Below, piece after piece: positions 30,788 through 44,408 of a stretch of 64,000 nucleotides of DNA. The position numbers were made by a program, and so were the translations under genes. The notes below the pieces were generated by a model, which saw only the letters and a list, made by a program, of their open reading frames with translations, had not been told where the DNA came from and did not search any database. The number at the start of each line of letters is the position of its first letter. The first letter of the stretch is position 1. The stretch is from Eledone cirrhosa (Eukaryota), in contig OZ024742.1 of NCBI GenBank assembly GCA_964016885.1, positions 216,132,001-216,196,000 on the forward strand. Direction: 5' to 3'.

Positions 30788-30987
30788 NNNNNNNNNNNNN
30801 NNNNNNNNNNNNNNNNNNNNNNNNNNNNNNNNNNNNNNNNNNNNNNNNNNNNNNNNNNNNNNNNNNNNNNNNNNNNNNNNNNNNNNNNNNNNNNNNNNNN
30901 NNNNNNNNNNNNNNNNNNNNNNNNNNNNNNNNNNNNNNNNNNNNNNNNNNNNNNNNNNNNNNNNNNNNNNNNNNNNNNNNNNNNNNN
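30788..30987. other. Assembly gap (200 N) preceded by (AAT)n
   Basis: Run of N. Confidence 0.99.
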
Positions 30988-33900
30988 TGGTGATACTTTT
31001 GTGTACATATTTATGTAATAATGAACACTTGGAAAAAATTGCAAATTCAGTTCTTCACTTTGCATCAGTTATAAATGTCTCATTCATTAGTGGCCGTTTT
31101 TTTTCTTCTTTATAATCAATAATGTAAAATAATCGATTTGAACATCACCTTCATCGAAATTTCTGGCTGATTCTAAGTTATCGTCTATGTTTATAAATGA
31201 TGATTTAGAAAGAGAAAATGCATATAAGCATCAATGAAATAAGCTCAAGTCATTTATCATTTATCATTTGACTTCCGTTTTAATAAATACTAGTAATAAG
31301 AGAATGTTTGAATTAATAGACTATGACACGCTACCTCACGCTATGTTTCTTTTGAATACCTCCATCATATAACTTATGAATAAACCAAAGTATAAATCAA
31401 AGTCAATGTTAATATTAGAATTGAAGAGAATAAAATATATTTCAAAGGAAATGTTCAGTTAAAAACTAACTACACTGCTTCATAACATCATTATTTCTGA
31501 TGAAGATGCCAACAATTGGAAATCATATCATATGAATATATATGAATATATAGACGGACATTTTTGCAAAAATGCATTTAACCTGTTATTGTTAAATTGG
31601 TGTTATTCTTCCGATATTATTTGATTAGAACTTCTTAAGAGGAAATATACTAATGAAACATTTACGATGGACACCTGTCCTGAATAGAAATGCAGAGAAG
31701 ATAGTTAGACAACAGACGGAAGACTTAAAAATCGTGTTTGTTACTTTGGAATTACATTTGTTTTTCAAATCGATATTGTTAGTGAATCTTTTTCTTTAAT
31801 TTCTTATTTTTCTTCGATGAATTTAGACTATCTATTTCAAAGTCGACATTTCGTGAAGATTTATCAACAAGAACTATCAGTAATATTTAAAGCCATGTTG
31901 TTTTGGTATGTCTGGTCTCACGTTAAACATTCTAGAGCAGGCCGAAGACTATAGTCATTCCCGCTATGGCAATCTAGCGTTTTTAGTAGCATGCTGGTCT
32001 ACATTATATAATTAGTCGACTATTTAAGACTGTATGTCAGCGCAATTTCACTGATAATTGTACTAGGTTATGTGACTATGTAGCAGAACACACGTGCAAT
32101 CTGGTATTACAATATTGTGATGTTATTTATTTTATCGTATTCGAATTATGTATTGCTAAGTGACTTCATATAATTCAAACAAAACGACCAAAAGCTAATA
32201 AACGGATCATCAATCTGGCACGAGATCTTAAACGTACGTTTATGCATTCTGTTATCTGAATCTGGTATTTCCACGGTCTGAGTTTAAACTCCCATTTCAG
32301 TTGTTTATTTTAAATAAAATAGTCTCAATAATGCACTGAACTCAATCCAATGGATATCATTCTTTTGTTGACTTGAAAAACGTTCGTACGTTTATAATGC
32401 TTTCTTGAATTCTGTTAAAATGCTGGATAAAAGAAGAAATGAACGCCATCTATCTTTTGGAACATCAAATAATTGTTTGCATTCAAGTGAGTATGTGATA
32501 GCAAAGGAAAATCTATAAATTTGCTGGAAATGACAAATAAATATTCGCAAGTCACATATTTCTATTTTAAATTATTTTATTGGACAACTTAAACTCTGAT
32601 ATACGTATCAGTTGCATATCGAATACATTTTAAAATAAACGTGTTCAATCAGATTTGTCCAATAGCGAAACAACAATTTAAACCGGTATAGTCGATTTCA
32701 AATGTGTTGACCTAAGTCAATTTGTTTACGTTTGATTAACTCTAATTTTAAATCTAATTTTTTAGTCGAGCTATTTTATATCTTTCTTAATATATTCGAA
32801 GTAGTAACACTAATATAACTAAAACAGGCTCCGAAAATAGCTAACGATAAATGTCGACCACGCTCTGCTTATCCCAGCGCCATCGACACCAATAATGACT
32901 TGAAATACGGTCTTCGACTTCAATTATTCATTGACATATATAAATTTTATTACGATAAAATTTGCTGTGTAATTCGGAAATAAAATATAGCACTTTGACT
33001 GACTGTCGCCAAAGGTTCACTATCGATAACAATTATGTTGTGCATTGTGGTGTAAGCTTTTGGAAACAATCCCTATGAAACTTAATAGGTTTCTATGTTT
33101 CGAGGAACAAAGGTTTTTTTTTTCTTTTTGCTTTGGTTTTTTTTTCACTTATTTATTTAATCATTGTCTTTTGGTTTTCGAAAACTAATATCTATTAAAC
33201 ATCGTTTTGGGTTATTTATAACTTTGTTTCAGAACATAAGCACTTACTGTACTACAAGTTTAACAATGCAAAACTATTGAGGTTCCATTTTACGCTCTTA
33301 TACATAGTTTCCTTTTCTAAGTTCCACGTTTTTCTTCACCCGACAGACTCTGTATGGATGTTGAATGCATTTCATGTATTTAAACATCATGCGCGAAGTT
33401 CAGCATTGCCGACGTTTAACTTCTCCTGCTCTTCTTCTCGGAAGAAACATATTAACAAAGAATTTAATAAGTTAACTCTTTCACCAAAATACCAAATTAC
33501 TTTTTACACGTAAAATCAGAAATCGTTATAGAAGCTAGAAATGTCCGAGTCTTTGATGTGCTGTGTTCAGAGGTTTCAACCGTTTCCTATCCTCTTATCC
33601 TCTACCGAACGAAAACTCAGAATTCTGCTCAATCAAGCTGCTGCTAAATATTAATAACATATATTTTACATTGTTGAGACCTAGAGAGAATATAGTGGGT
33701 GCCTACGTGTTTCGTTTTAGACAAAAAATAAACCATAATCCATTCATGAGTTCTCTTCAACGTAAAAGTATTTGTAAAGTATATCTTTGGATGAAAACTT
33801 TAATTTCTTGTTAACCTATTTTCCACGTTTCATGTTTCTTGGTTTTTATATTATTTATTCTGTACTTCATTAGAATCTTCTTCAATATTTCATAATTCCA

Positions 33901-34220
33901 TAGCACTTAATTGCTGTCAAGTGTGTTGAAAATATCTTCATAAAAATTATGTTATCGGTTATTAAATTCCATCATATTTTAACTAGAGGAACATTTGAAT
34001 GAAAATAGTTAAAATATTTAAAAGAATTAAAGTTTTATCAGATTGTATTGACTAAAATATTAGTTTGTGTTGACTACAGAAGCATTTTATTAAACGCTGG
34101 AGACCCCTGTATTGAGTTCTAATCAGAATTTGCTATATGTGTAACTCAGTATATGTGGCTCAATGCAGGTAGAAACAATTGTTAGTGTATAAATGCTTTA
34201 GCTCTTGGAGCTCCGATTGG

Positions 34221-34791
34221 TATTCTATAAGAATCTTGCTTCTAAAGCGCACTGCAAAAACAAAGGGATATATGGCCTTCATAACCGCTAAACAGTGAAC
34301 AATGATCATCGGTTATTTCCCTTTGTTTTTGCTGAGTCTAGGTATGTGACTATAGTTACTACAGTAAATTCATAGCAAACGGCCTTCAAACATACAGCAT
34401 ATCATTTAATATACAATACAGACATTCAAACATACATCGCTATTTCAGAGCTCCAACACAAATTTCGAATTGTTGCTGAGTCGGCAAACGCTCTGTATGT
34501 TAATGAGTTTAAACAGCTCATAAACATAATAGATATTCTATAAGAATCCAGCTTCTACAGCTCACAGAAAGAACGGAAGGTATATAGCCTTGATAAACGC
34601 TAAACAGTGAGAAACTATCGTCGGTTATTTCCCTTCGTTTTTGCTGAAGTTAGGTATGTGACCATAGTCAGTAACATAAATTCATAGCGAAAGGCCTTCA
34701 AAATGTTTTTAAATAACATACTGTATGTTACTTTAATATATAATACGTACATTTATATATACATCGCTACATCAGAGCTCCAACACAAATT
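34221..34791 (+). repeat. Diverged tandem duplication (34221-34463 / 34534-34791) of an element related to 54022-54235
   Basis: Both units run from tattctataagaatc to cagagctccaacacaaatt; they share the gtatgt.ac.atagt and cttcaaaatgtttttaaataa segments with the 54 kb copy. Confidence 0.75.
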
Positions 34792-37700
34792 ACAAATAAT
34801 GTAATTATATTAATAATCTTATTACATTCGATATACAATAAATCCATCTATTTTTCAGGAAGTTTGCGGTTATATGTCAGAAACTGGTGACCTTCCTCTG
34901 TATCTCCCAGTTCAGGATAGGAAACTCCGCCTAAGCAATAATTTAATTTCACCATCTATATTACCTATATTTTAATTGAATCCAGGATTTCTGAACAAAC
35001 AACCGTTATGTTACTGTTATCTCTTTTCAACGGGGATTATACGAAATAAACGGCATTCATAATTTAAATATTTTTATATTTTTAATCTGAAGACAATGTG
35101 ATAAATTCCTCCTTATCTAAATTTCTCAGGTCAAACTTTTAAGTTAACTCTTCAAAAATATAGAACAGATTTCATAAACAAATAGTCTAAGTTAAATATA
35201 GCAAAACCTTCATTCATAAATCACCATATTAATTTAAATTCATAGAGGTCATGCAGCAATCTTTACTTGTAATAAATTTAAAATTCACAGTAATTTTCTA
35301 TTCCAAAATATCCGAAACATCTACTTCAAATCAGTCGATGAGATTTAATCTGTCAACAAGCCTTCATTTATATAGAGTTTTCCATAACGCAAAACCGTAA
35401 GCATCCGTGTAATCGGTGAGAACTTATAAGAAGCTGTCTGGATTTATGACCTCACAAGTAAATTTATCAAATCAAATAAACATGATTAATTCTGCTGCTT
35501 CTAAATCAACATAGTTTACATTTGAGCTCTCTATGTCAATTCTCTTACATACACACAAGCATATGTAAACAGAAGCATACATACATATATATGCATATAT
35601 ATATATATACATACACAAACATACATACATGCACACATGCATCCATACATATGTACATACATACATACATACATACATACATTCATATATACATACAACT
35701 ACTGAGTGTAATATGCGTGTGCAAAGTGGAGTGTGTGTTTATACAAATATAAATACATATACTGTGATTATTATTCTATAAATTACTCTTAAAATAAGAA
35801 CTTCAGATATAAAATATTTTGAAAACTTTCAAATATATTTATATTCGCATAAATTGTAGGCTAGCATTGTTTTAATGTTTTGTTTAATGTTCATTGTCTT
35901 TATTTTTTTAGCCGCTGATTTGTTGTTTTTTCTATCCTTTTAAAAACGTTTCTACTACATAAAGGTCTCAGTTGTATATAATAGAATAGCGCATTTTATT
36001 GTTCTCACCTAATGATGAATGACGTCCGCTGTAAAACGAGTATTATACCCTAGTTTGTCGAGGCCCTTTTCGCTTAATACACGGTTACTATTCCCTCTAT
36101 ACACGCTCTAATGCCTTTAAGAATGACATTCTCTTGGCAAATACTGAGTTATTGATTTGGTGTCTCGTTTCTTTATTTCCTTCCAAGTATCACGAAACGG
36201 AGACTACAAATTATTTTTTTTCTATTTCTGTATTTAGTATCCCCTTTAATCTTAAATGACACTAGGACAGAAATATATAGGGTTTCACATAAATATTGCT
36301 GGTATGAATTCGGTCAACCTAAAATAATTTTACGGGGAGTAAATTAGATGGAAAATGAATGACTATCTAATGGAGCTTTACAGACATTGTTAACTGACAG
36401 ATATTTTATTAACTAATACTATTATATCCAATTCTGACTGATTCTGTCTTAATGTAATAACTACTCTACAAGTTAATCAATGATAGAGCAGCAAATGATC
36501 TCCACCTAGAACGTAATTGCGCCTTTCTACCCAGATATACGTATGTCCAGAAGTATGTAGTTATTGTCATTGTGTCTGTCTCACCTTAATAGAATAACGT
36601 GTATTATACACCCAGTATAACGTGTGGTCATCAGTGTGATAGGTACCGAAATTTAATATCAAATTGCCAAGGAATTTAAACAAAATTCATATATATAGCT
36701 GCCTAGGATGTTATACAGAGAAGATTTCGACAAATTGAATTGAATATTTTCTTAAAGGAAATATGCGAAATATCTCAGGCGTTTCATAATTTGTTTTCCT
36801 TTTCTCGAGGCACACATTCACGTTATTCTTTTGAAAATTGAACGTGAGCTGTAAGTTTGTATTATGAAACAAATGTAGCGTTATGTAACATATATTCGTG
36901 AACAAATTTCATTTTATTGTACAATGCACGAATTGATTTTATAAAGTTAACTCTTTTGTTATGAATAAGTTTTATTTTTAACATTTTCATTTGGATGTAA
37001 TGGCAAATGGAGCACTGTCCGGTTTTCTTGCAAATTACGGCGATTTAAAATGTAAAATATCGGCCTTCATAGTAAAAGTTGGAAGTAAAGGAAGTATCTC
37101 AATCAAATTCCCAGGATATAGGAAATAACTCTGTTAAGAGCTCCATTTGAATAAAACACATCTTCATGTTGACTGCTTAGAACGTCTAGAATGTATTCTA
37201 AAATGTAGGCAATAATTTGATAATTTACTGTGTAAAGGCTAACTGGTCTAAAATAGAATGAATTGCTAAAGAACATATATGATGTGGAATTCTTTACCTA
37301 CCCATATCCCACAGAAAAACAAAATACAAAAATGATTTATACAATGTGACATTTCTTCATACTTGTAAAAATATCATATTTGATACAATGATTGCATCGC
37401 AAAAAGCTAAACTATACATTCTGTTTACAAACAAGTGATTTAGAAGTTAAGACCTGCAAAACTGCTAAGCGTCTGTAAGAGTGAATAGGCCATTTCCAAA
37501 TCTAATGTTATGAAGAAATGGATACGTCCACATATATATATAAAATTACTACGCGCAGTCAAACAAAGATGGCAACGATACAAGTCATAAATTCGTGTGA
37601 GTAATCCTCTTCTTCTTTCACCTGTTCATCATGATCATCATTACCATATACATAATTCTCACACTCATCATTATCACAATCGTTACCATAATTATCCTTA

Positions 37701-38742
37701 CATCCGCCTTCTCCCTCTTCATGATTATGAGGATTCTAATAATTACCATTACACCATCAACATCATCGTCAACGGAAAAATAATCAGCATTTCCCCCGCA
37801 ATTTTCTTGTTAATTCTGTTTTAGTTTTTGCAATTTTATATCGAGTCTTTTAACATAGTGTTTATTATTCCTTTTCAACAGTTTTTTTATGGCTTCATTT
37901 GTGTGAAGTTTTGTGTTTTCAAGTAAAATCACTTTACAAGAAATTCAGTAGCCCCTCCGTCTCTCATCTGAGATTCGGAAAATGTTGATCAATCAAACGT
38001 CAAATACGATGTCCTTTGAACTGGGTTATTACTTCTTTAGAATTAAAATAAATAAACAGAAACAGAAAGACAATTTTGAAGGTCTCAAAGTGAGATCTGC
38101 TTTGTTGTGAAAATGTTTCGGTTTTCGATCCCTTACAACGATTTTCAACAAATGAGAGGAGGCTACAAGAAAATGAAAGAACATTTCAGCTACAAGGAAA
38201 ATTGAGACTTTTAAAGAATAGTTTTTTGTTTATTTTTATTATAAGGACTTATTCATATGCTGTTGATTTTTGTTGTCATCAGATGTCTAACAGTTTGTTT
38301 TCAACAATAAATACAGTTTCACGTTATAAATATTATCATTCGTTTTAGTCAGGGTTTTAGGATCACAACAAGAGTTTTGTATATGAAATAATAATTAGAT
38401 AAATCTTAAATAATATGCATAGAAATTTTGAATGTTAACAAGAATGCCCATGTTTTTTAAAAACTGTTAATATAATTGAACACTAAATGAACTCCTATAC
38501 TCGTTAAAAATAGCTTTTAAATGTGTTTTGAAACATATATTATACATTTTTGTTGTAGATCTGAAGTTAATATAGAGTTCGATATAATCTATCGTGCTCC
38601 CTAATCAGTTAATTATCTGACACAGATTTATAGAATTTACATTCATCCAATCACAAAAGTAAACGGGAGATTATTGTTCCCGGTGCTGGTCGTATTTGAA
38701 TATTTTAGTGACATTCCCTCAATGATTCTGCTGAGAGACGTT

Positions 38743-39235
38743 TTAGAAAGTGTATTTGGTGGTCGCAGGCTGGAAAGCCAAATCCTTTACGTGTTTGCGA
38801 AGATACCGCTTATGAAGATGACTACGAAGAAATGCTCTCTTAAATATAACAATATTCACATAACCACAAACAAACAAAAAGAAGTTCAAACATATATGAA
38901 CAACTTTCGAAAAGAATATACTGAGAGTAAAAACAAAATATTCGGAGAAATTGCATGAAATGCAGGCATAAAAAGCTAAATATTTGTGGCAGGTGGAATT
39001 AGGAGAACATTTGTATAAACAATTGCTGTTGGAACGAATCAAATTTGTTTTGTCTATAAAGTCAGGTACGTTCTCGAAATGAGGTGTTATTTTCATGTAA
39101 ACAACGAGCTTCTTAATTGTTCCATACCAGGTGGTCATATACCTCTTCCGCCTTTCAGGAATTACATGATGTTTTTTCTGCAAGTGCCCAATAATACTGT
39201 TGTATGATACCTTGGAGAGCAGTGTATAAAAATGG
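38743..39235 (-). CDS. Tentative terminal coding exon of an unknown protein (Cys-rich EGF-like segment plus hydrophobic stretch)
   Basis: About 490-nt open frame in AT-rich non-repeat DNA; branch-like CTTAAC and TTTGCCAG acceptor in phase with the upstream exon; no family recognised. Confidence 0.3.
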
Positions 39236-39328
39236 CTGGCAAATGACGGTGCAGTAGTTAAGTAGTTCCTCTATTGGTCTTTAGCTAATTATCATTGATG
39301 TCATAACACTTAAGGAGCGTCAACTTAC

Positions 39329-39535
39329 TTGATCTGGATTGAGTGAATGTGATGAAGGCAGACACTATCTAGGATTGACAGTTTCCAATTTCTAGAATGT
39401 TTCAAGGTTCCGAAATAGTTTAAGGTTAATCTGAAGTTCGAACACTCTGTAATTCTTTGGAAAATTCTTTTACCCATTGTTGCCACATACTCTTTTATTT
39501 CTGTTATATTCAGATAACGTATATGCATGGTTTTT
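39329..39535 (-). CDS. Tentative 207-nt coding exon
   Basis: TTTAATTCAG acceptor, one frame open throughout, GTAAGT donor at 39328-39323. Confidence 0.3.
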
Positions 39536-40879
39536 CTGAATTAAATATTTATGTTTTTGTACAGATTCTATCAAATGTTATGATGTACGATGTGCCTTCC
39601 TATACATTATTTGCCTATTGTTTCAAAGGCATTTAATTATTGGTATACGATTTTAATCTCTTTTAATGCGAATGCTTCATTTAAAAAAATTCAAGTGTTT
39701 ACATTTGTGCTTCATTACTGTGGATATCTTAATTAATTACCGTATGCGATGGATATATTTTAAACTTTCTGGAAGTAATATTAATTGCCCTCTTATTTCG
39801 CATGTATATTCTATATTCTAATTTTTTTTATATATTAATATTGATGAGTTTTATCTTGTGTAAGAGAAAAAGGCATTGCATTTCCCCCATCGTTGCCAGT
39901 TCGCTATTAAATAAACATCACCAAAATCACCTTCACCTTTGTGTATTATAATTTTGAATATCTTCATATTTTTTATATGCTATATAGTCTTCATTTGCCA
40001 ATAGTTGTATGTACGAATGTGTGCTCTAAATCACTGTCTATTGTACATATTATATACATTAGGTTTCCCCGGGCAACTACATACTTTATTGTTGATACTT
40101 GTAGCCTAAGGTTCGTGTTACAATCTGTACAGAATTCAGGGGAATTCTAGCAACCACAGAGTTTACATGACTCACCGCTTGTAAAATATAGTACAACAAT
40201 GTAACACGATGTCCAGTATTAATACTATCTATACTGTTAACATTGTAATTATGTTCCTCACTAAAAGTAATATATCTGTCACTGTTAATATTATCACTGT
40301 TAAGTTTATTCAAAATAACTTCATTTGTCGACAACATTACACAATACGTTATTATCTCCCCTTTTTGCACACTCAGTAATTGGTCAATTAATGTCCACTA
40401 TTGATATTTGTGTCGCTAGTGTCCACATGTGACGATATTTGTGTTTCGTTATGCTCAGATATTTCTTTTTCTGCACAAGTAATATCTAAGTATAATTGTT
40501 TCCCTGGCCTATGTATTACTGATCTGTATGATGTGGGAATATTTATAATGATCGTTTAGTCGCATAGACATTTCTTTCGTTCATATTGTTGTTTGTTTTC
40601 TCTGACGCACACACGTATCTTTAGAAAACAACCAGATTTCAATTACCATAAGCAATGTTGGTGTTGACAGCAAGTATCCAAGTAAAATATCCTTATAATA
40701 AATATAAAAAATATTCAATTAACTTTATATATCTTCAGGTCGATTCTATGTCAAACACGTCCGTCTTGCAGGGTAGTATTTTTTAATTTTATTTTCTAGT
40801 ATTTTGTATTGCGTGCTTTCACCGCAAAATCATGAGCATCTCTAAGGGCCTTGAGTATGAACAGGATTTTGTTTTGGAA

Positions 40880-41600
40880 TAGTATTGTCTATTATAATGA
40901 TATTCATCTACTTAATATGCGTGCAGTGCCTAGAATTGTTATTACATGAACTTTTTTGCACATTGTTAAATCCCGAGTTTCTTGTTAAGTATTTGTGTAA
41001 ATGATTTTTAATCATGCCATTGTACCTGTTACTATAGAGATTGTCTCTGAATTAACTCGATTACCCATCTTTATATTTTCATAAATTCTCCATTTTCTAA
41101 AGAAACTTTATTGACGTTTGTTAGTACTGATACTTCAATTAAAATCCACTTCTTTTCGTGATAGTCATTCTAAACATCATGCTGTCGATTTGCGTCGAAC
41201 AGTCAATTTGTGTAGATTGACATAACGGTCACTCTGTCTTCTTTAAACATTCTATATAGTATGTTTATACCACCTCTTTTCATGTGGTAGTTTATAAAAC
41301 TGCTATACTACAGATGACAGTGATGGGAATTAAGGATTCGGAAATAGATGTGTAGTACGTTTCTGACTATGATGGAAATAGATGTGTAGTACGTTTCTGA
41401 CTAGAAACAATGGGATTAATTGTTTCTTCTCGGCCACCAGATATTCTACTGTAAATTAATTTATTTTATTTTATTACATACTTTTATTGGGTTCTAGAAA
41501 GAATAATTTTGCTCATGCACCATAACAGCAATTCATTAATCCCAGCCTTGAATTCTGAGTTTCCTGTCGGTGTCATAATTTGTGTTTCTCTATTTCAATC
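40880..41600 (-). mobile_element. Decayed R4/Dong-like LINE (restriction-like endonuclease C-terminus)
   Basis: Traces of ETI.HIVS, WYKH, KK.ILIEVS, ETI.IVTG and the terminal ITILGTARILSR (cf. LLGTAHILR); contains a 30-bp tandem duplication at 41340-41403. Confidence 0.6.
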
Positions 41601-42294
41601 AAGTTTAAGTTGATTGTTTAGTTTCAAGTTTAGATTTTCCTTTGTCTTATATTTTTAAATAATATTCTGTTTGTTAAATTGTCAGCATTTTCTTAATTTC
41701 TGTTTCACCTCATAGATTGAATATTCCATAATATTGTCCTCATTGCATAAGCCCTCTGCTTTATTCTATTCGTAGTAAATATACCATCGAACTATGTTCG
41801 GTTTCGGGTGTTACATTCTAAATGTAGTAATTATTTTAGTTTATTTCTTTTTTGTATATTTGTTTATATATTTAACGTTGAGTTGAGAATAATATAACTA
41901 ACACTGATACATATTACCTTTCTTTTTCCAGTTATGTTTAAAGTTTTCACATTTCACCATTAGGTAATGGATTGTTGCCATATTCAGAACCTTGCTCTTC
42001 TTTCGGCAGCCTTGAGTTATGGATTTGTTGATAAGTAATTCATCTGTATAACCATATGAAATTCATAGGATCTCCTTGCTCGTATTGATGCCAAATTGCC
42101 AGATTCATCAGCGCATTGCACACAACGCCTTATGGTATTTGTTCCAGATTTAAAAAAAAGTCGTGCTTCCATGATCGATGTATAAAAGTACCATTCCACT
42201 ACTGAGGGCAATTTAACTAGTTTTTGCTACCCATAAACTGCAAGGCTTAGATATGTGCCAATATTAGAAATCATTAGTATTATTATTCCTAATC

Positions 42295-43541
42295 TGTTCA
42301 GTGGTTTGAATGAACGACTTCCTCTCAGGACCTTTCAACATTATTCGCTCGGTTCGCCAGGGTCGTACACTATACAGATGAGAGACGTTGAGGTACATCC
42401 CATGCGAACTACGATGTGGAATATCTGTATCAGCATATGCCAATGTTGTCACCGTAGTTGTGTCAAGCAGCAGCATATTGAGTTGATCGACTCTACTCTC
42501 GCAGAATACGGACCGATAACAGAAGCAAAAATGGGCCGAGATAATTATATCGCTGGAAGGTCGGGCAGAGGCGGCTAACGCGTACATGGCATCCGTCATC
42601 TACTAGTGACTGACCGTTATGATTCGTCCTGGTCCATGACTGGAACGCTTGCAAGACGCTGTTTTCCACAGTTCGTATCCTTGACAGAGTTGCAGTCCTA
42701 GGTCAAGCAAAGACCGAGAGGGAGAGTTTGGAAAATGAAATGTTATCACGCTCTCACAGGCTTCAGGGAATCGGGCAGTGCGATTTGCAGAAACTCCACT
42801 TTGGCGCTCAATAGAGGTTTAGGTGCGGGTAAAAACGACCACGCTCTTGAGGAATATCTAGGGGTCGACGAACATCAACTAGCCACTCTTTTTCCAGGGA
42901 CTTTCAGTCCACGACCCATGGATAGTTTCCAGAAATTTCTGGCCTAGCAGTGCTACCGAAGAGATTTGCCAGTGCAAAATAATCTCTACAAGTATGGAAT
43001 ACCCTTAAGCCGGGCCTGCGCGAGATGTGCGCAAGACGTCTAAACAGTCCGCCACGCACGCTACGTTTGTCCGAGAATTGCTGAGTTGTGGATTTATGTC
43101 AAACACCTACCCCGCCGCCTTCCTTTAGCCGGTAAGGAGAGGCAGTGTTTAACTACCTGCTCACCATGGCAAAAGAGGTCGTGTAGTGGACACGTTTGAA
43201 AGGGCTGAAGACAAGCAACTATCTATTCAGCGAAGCCCTGATTAACGTTTTCTAATTTCATTTGAAAGGAAAAATCAGGGTGAAGAGAGATGTGCGCCTG
43301 TAGATTGGAGTTCGAGAAATGGGAGAAGGAACTTTTTCTGGTGGTCAGAGTCACCGTAGCTTTTTGTGCGCTTTCTGCACGTATGACCCTCGGAAGTCTC
43401 CCACATTTTGAGGAATGTTCCTTTGTTTCCTTTGTTTTCGTTTTTTGTTTTGTTTTTACACTCAGAAACACCTGTGTGTAACATTCTGTGCTGTCGTTAA
43501 TGAAATATTTTGTGTAAACCCCTGTGGTTAATAAAGAAAAC
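42295..43541 (+). mobile_element. L1/Tx1-clade LINE, 5'-truncated and internally deleted; same family as 60331-64000
   Basis: RSVRQG, ISAYANVVTVVVS and PMDSFQKFLA*QCYR motifs; the 3' end tgtaaacccctgtggttaataaagaaaa plus ATT tail is shared with the 60 kb copy. Confidence 0.88.
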
Positions 43542-43558
43542 ATTATTACTATTATTGT

Positions 43559-44046
43559 GGCGGTGGATTGGTAGTATCGATAGAGGGTCGGACGCCTTGC
43601 TTTCCAGCATAGTTACGTCCTTTTACGATCTGAGTTCAAATCCCGCCGAGGTTGACTTTGCCTTTCATCCTTACGGGGTCGATAAAATAAAGTACCAGTA
43701 ATGCACTGGGTATTTGCTGGCCTTGTGCCTAAAGTAGAAACAATTATTACTATTATTGTGGATTAGCAGTATCGGTAGAGGGTCGGATGCCATGCTTTGA
43801 CGTATAGAGTTACGGCCCTTGCCCTTCTGAGTTCAAATCCCGCCGAGATTAACTTTGCCTTTCATCCTTCCGAGGTCGATAAAATAAAGTACCAGTAATG
43901 CCCTGGGTAATTGCTGGCCTTGTGCCAAAAGTAGAAACAATTATTATCAGACGGTGGATTGGCAGAGTCATCAGAGTGTCGGACAAAGGCTTTGTGTATT
44001 TGATGAGTTCAAATCCCACCGAGGTTGATCTTGCCTTCCATTCTTC
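43559..44046 (+). mobile_element. Head-to-tail array of three SINEs (43559-43742, 43758-43947, older 43952-44046)
   Basis: Three successive A-box/B-box heads; the first is flanked by duplicated attattactattattgt (43542-43558 / 43743-43759). Confidence 0.9.
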
Positions 44047-44127
44047 CAGTAAAGGAGAAGGATCGATATAACCTTCTAACACCACCAGAAAATGCGTGAG
44101 CTTCAAGCTATGTTAGAATTTCTTGTG

Positions 44128-44408
44128 GAGGGTCGGACGCCATGCTTTACAGCATAGTTAATGAAATATTTTGTGTAAACCCCTGTGGTTAATAAAGAAA
44201 ACATTATTACTATTATTGTGGCGGTGGATTGGTAGTATCGATAGAGGGTCGGACGCCTTGCTTTCCAGCATAGTTACGTCCTTTTACGATCTGAGTTCAA
44301 ATCCCGCCGAGGTTGACTTTGCCTTTCATCCTTACGGGGTCGATAAAATAAAGTACCAGTAATGCACTGGGAATTGCTGGCCTTGTGCCTAAAGTAGAAA
44401 GAATTATT
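44128..44408 (+). mobile_element. SINE fragment fused to a near-identical copy of 43496-43750 (LINE 3' end plus SINE)
   Basis: 44157-44408 duplicates 43496-43750, with GTTA microhomology at the junction. Confidence 0.9.

Noticed and set aside
30670-31115. ORFs spanning the gap
   Set aside because: Made of N and (AAT)n.
31490-31540. CTGATGA plus hairpin plus CATATG
   Set aside because: The GAAA box and cleavage triplet are missing.
43500-44408. CRISPR-like or regular repeat array
   Set aside because: The repeats are roughly 190-bp SINEs in eukaryotic DNA, with no repeat-spacer pattern or cas genes.
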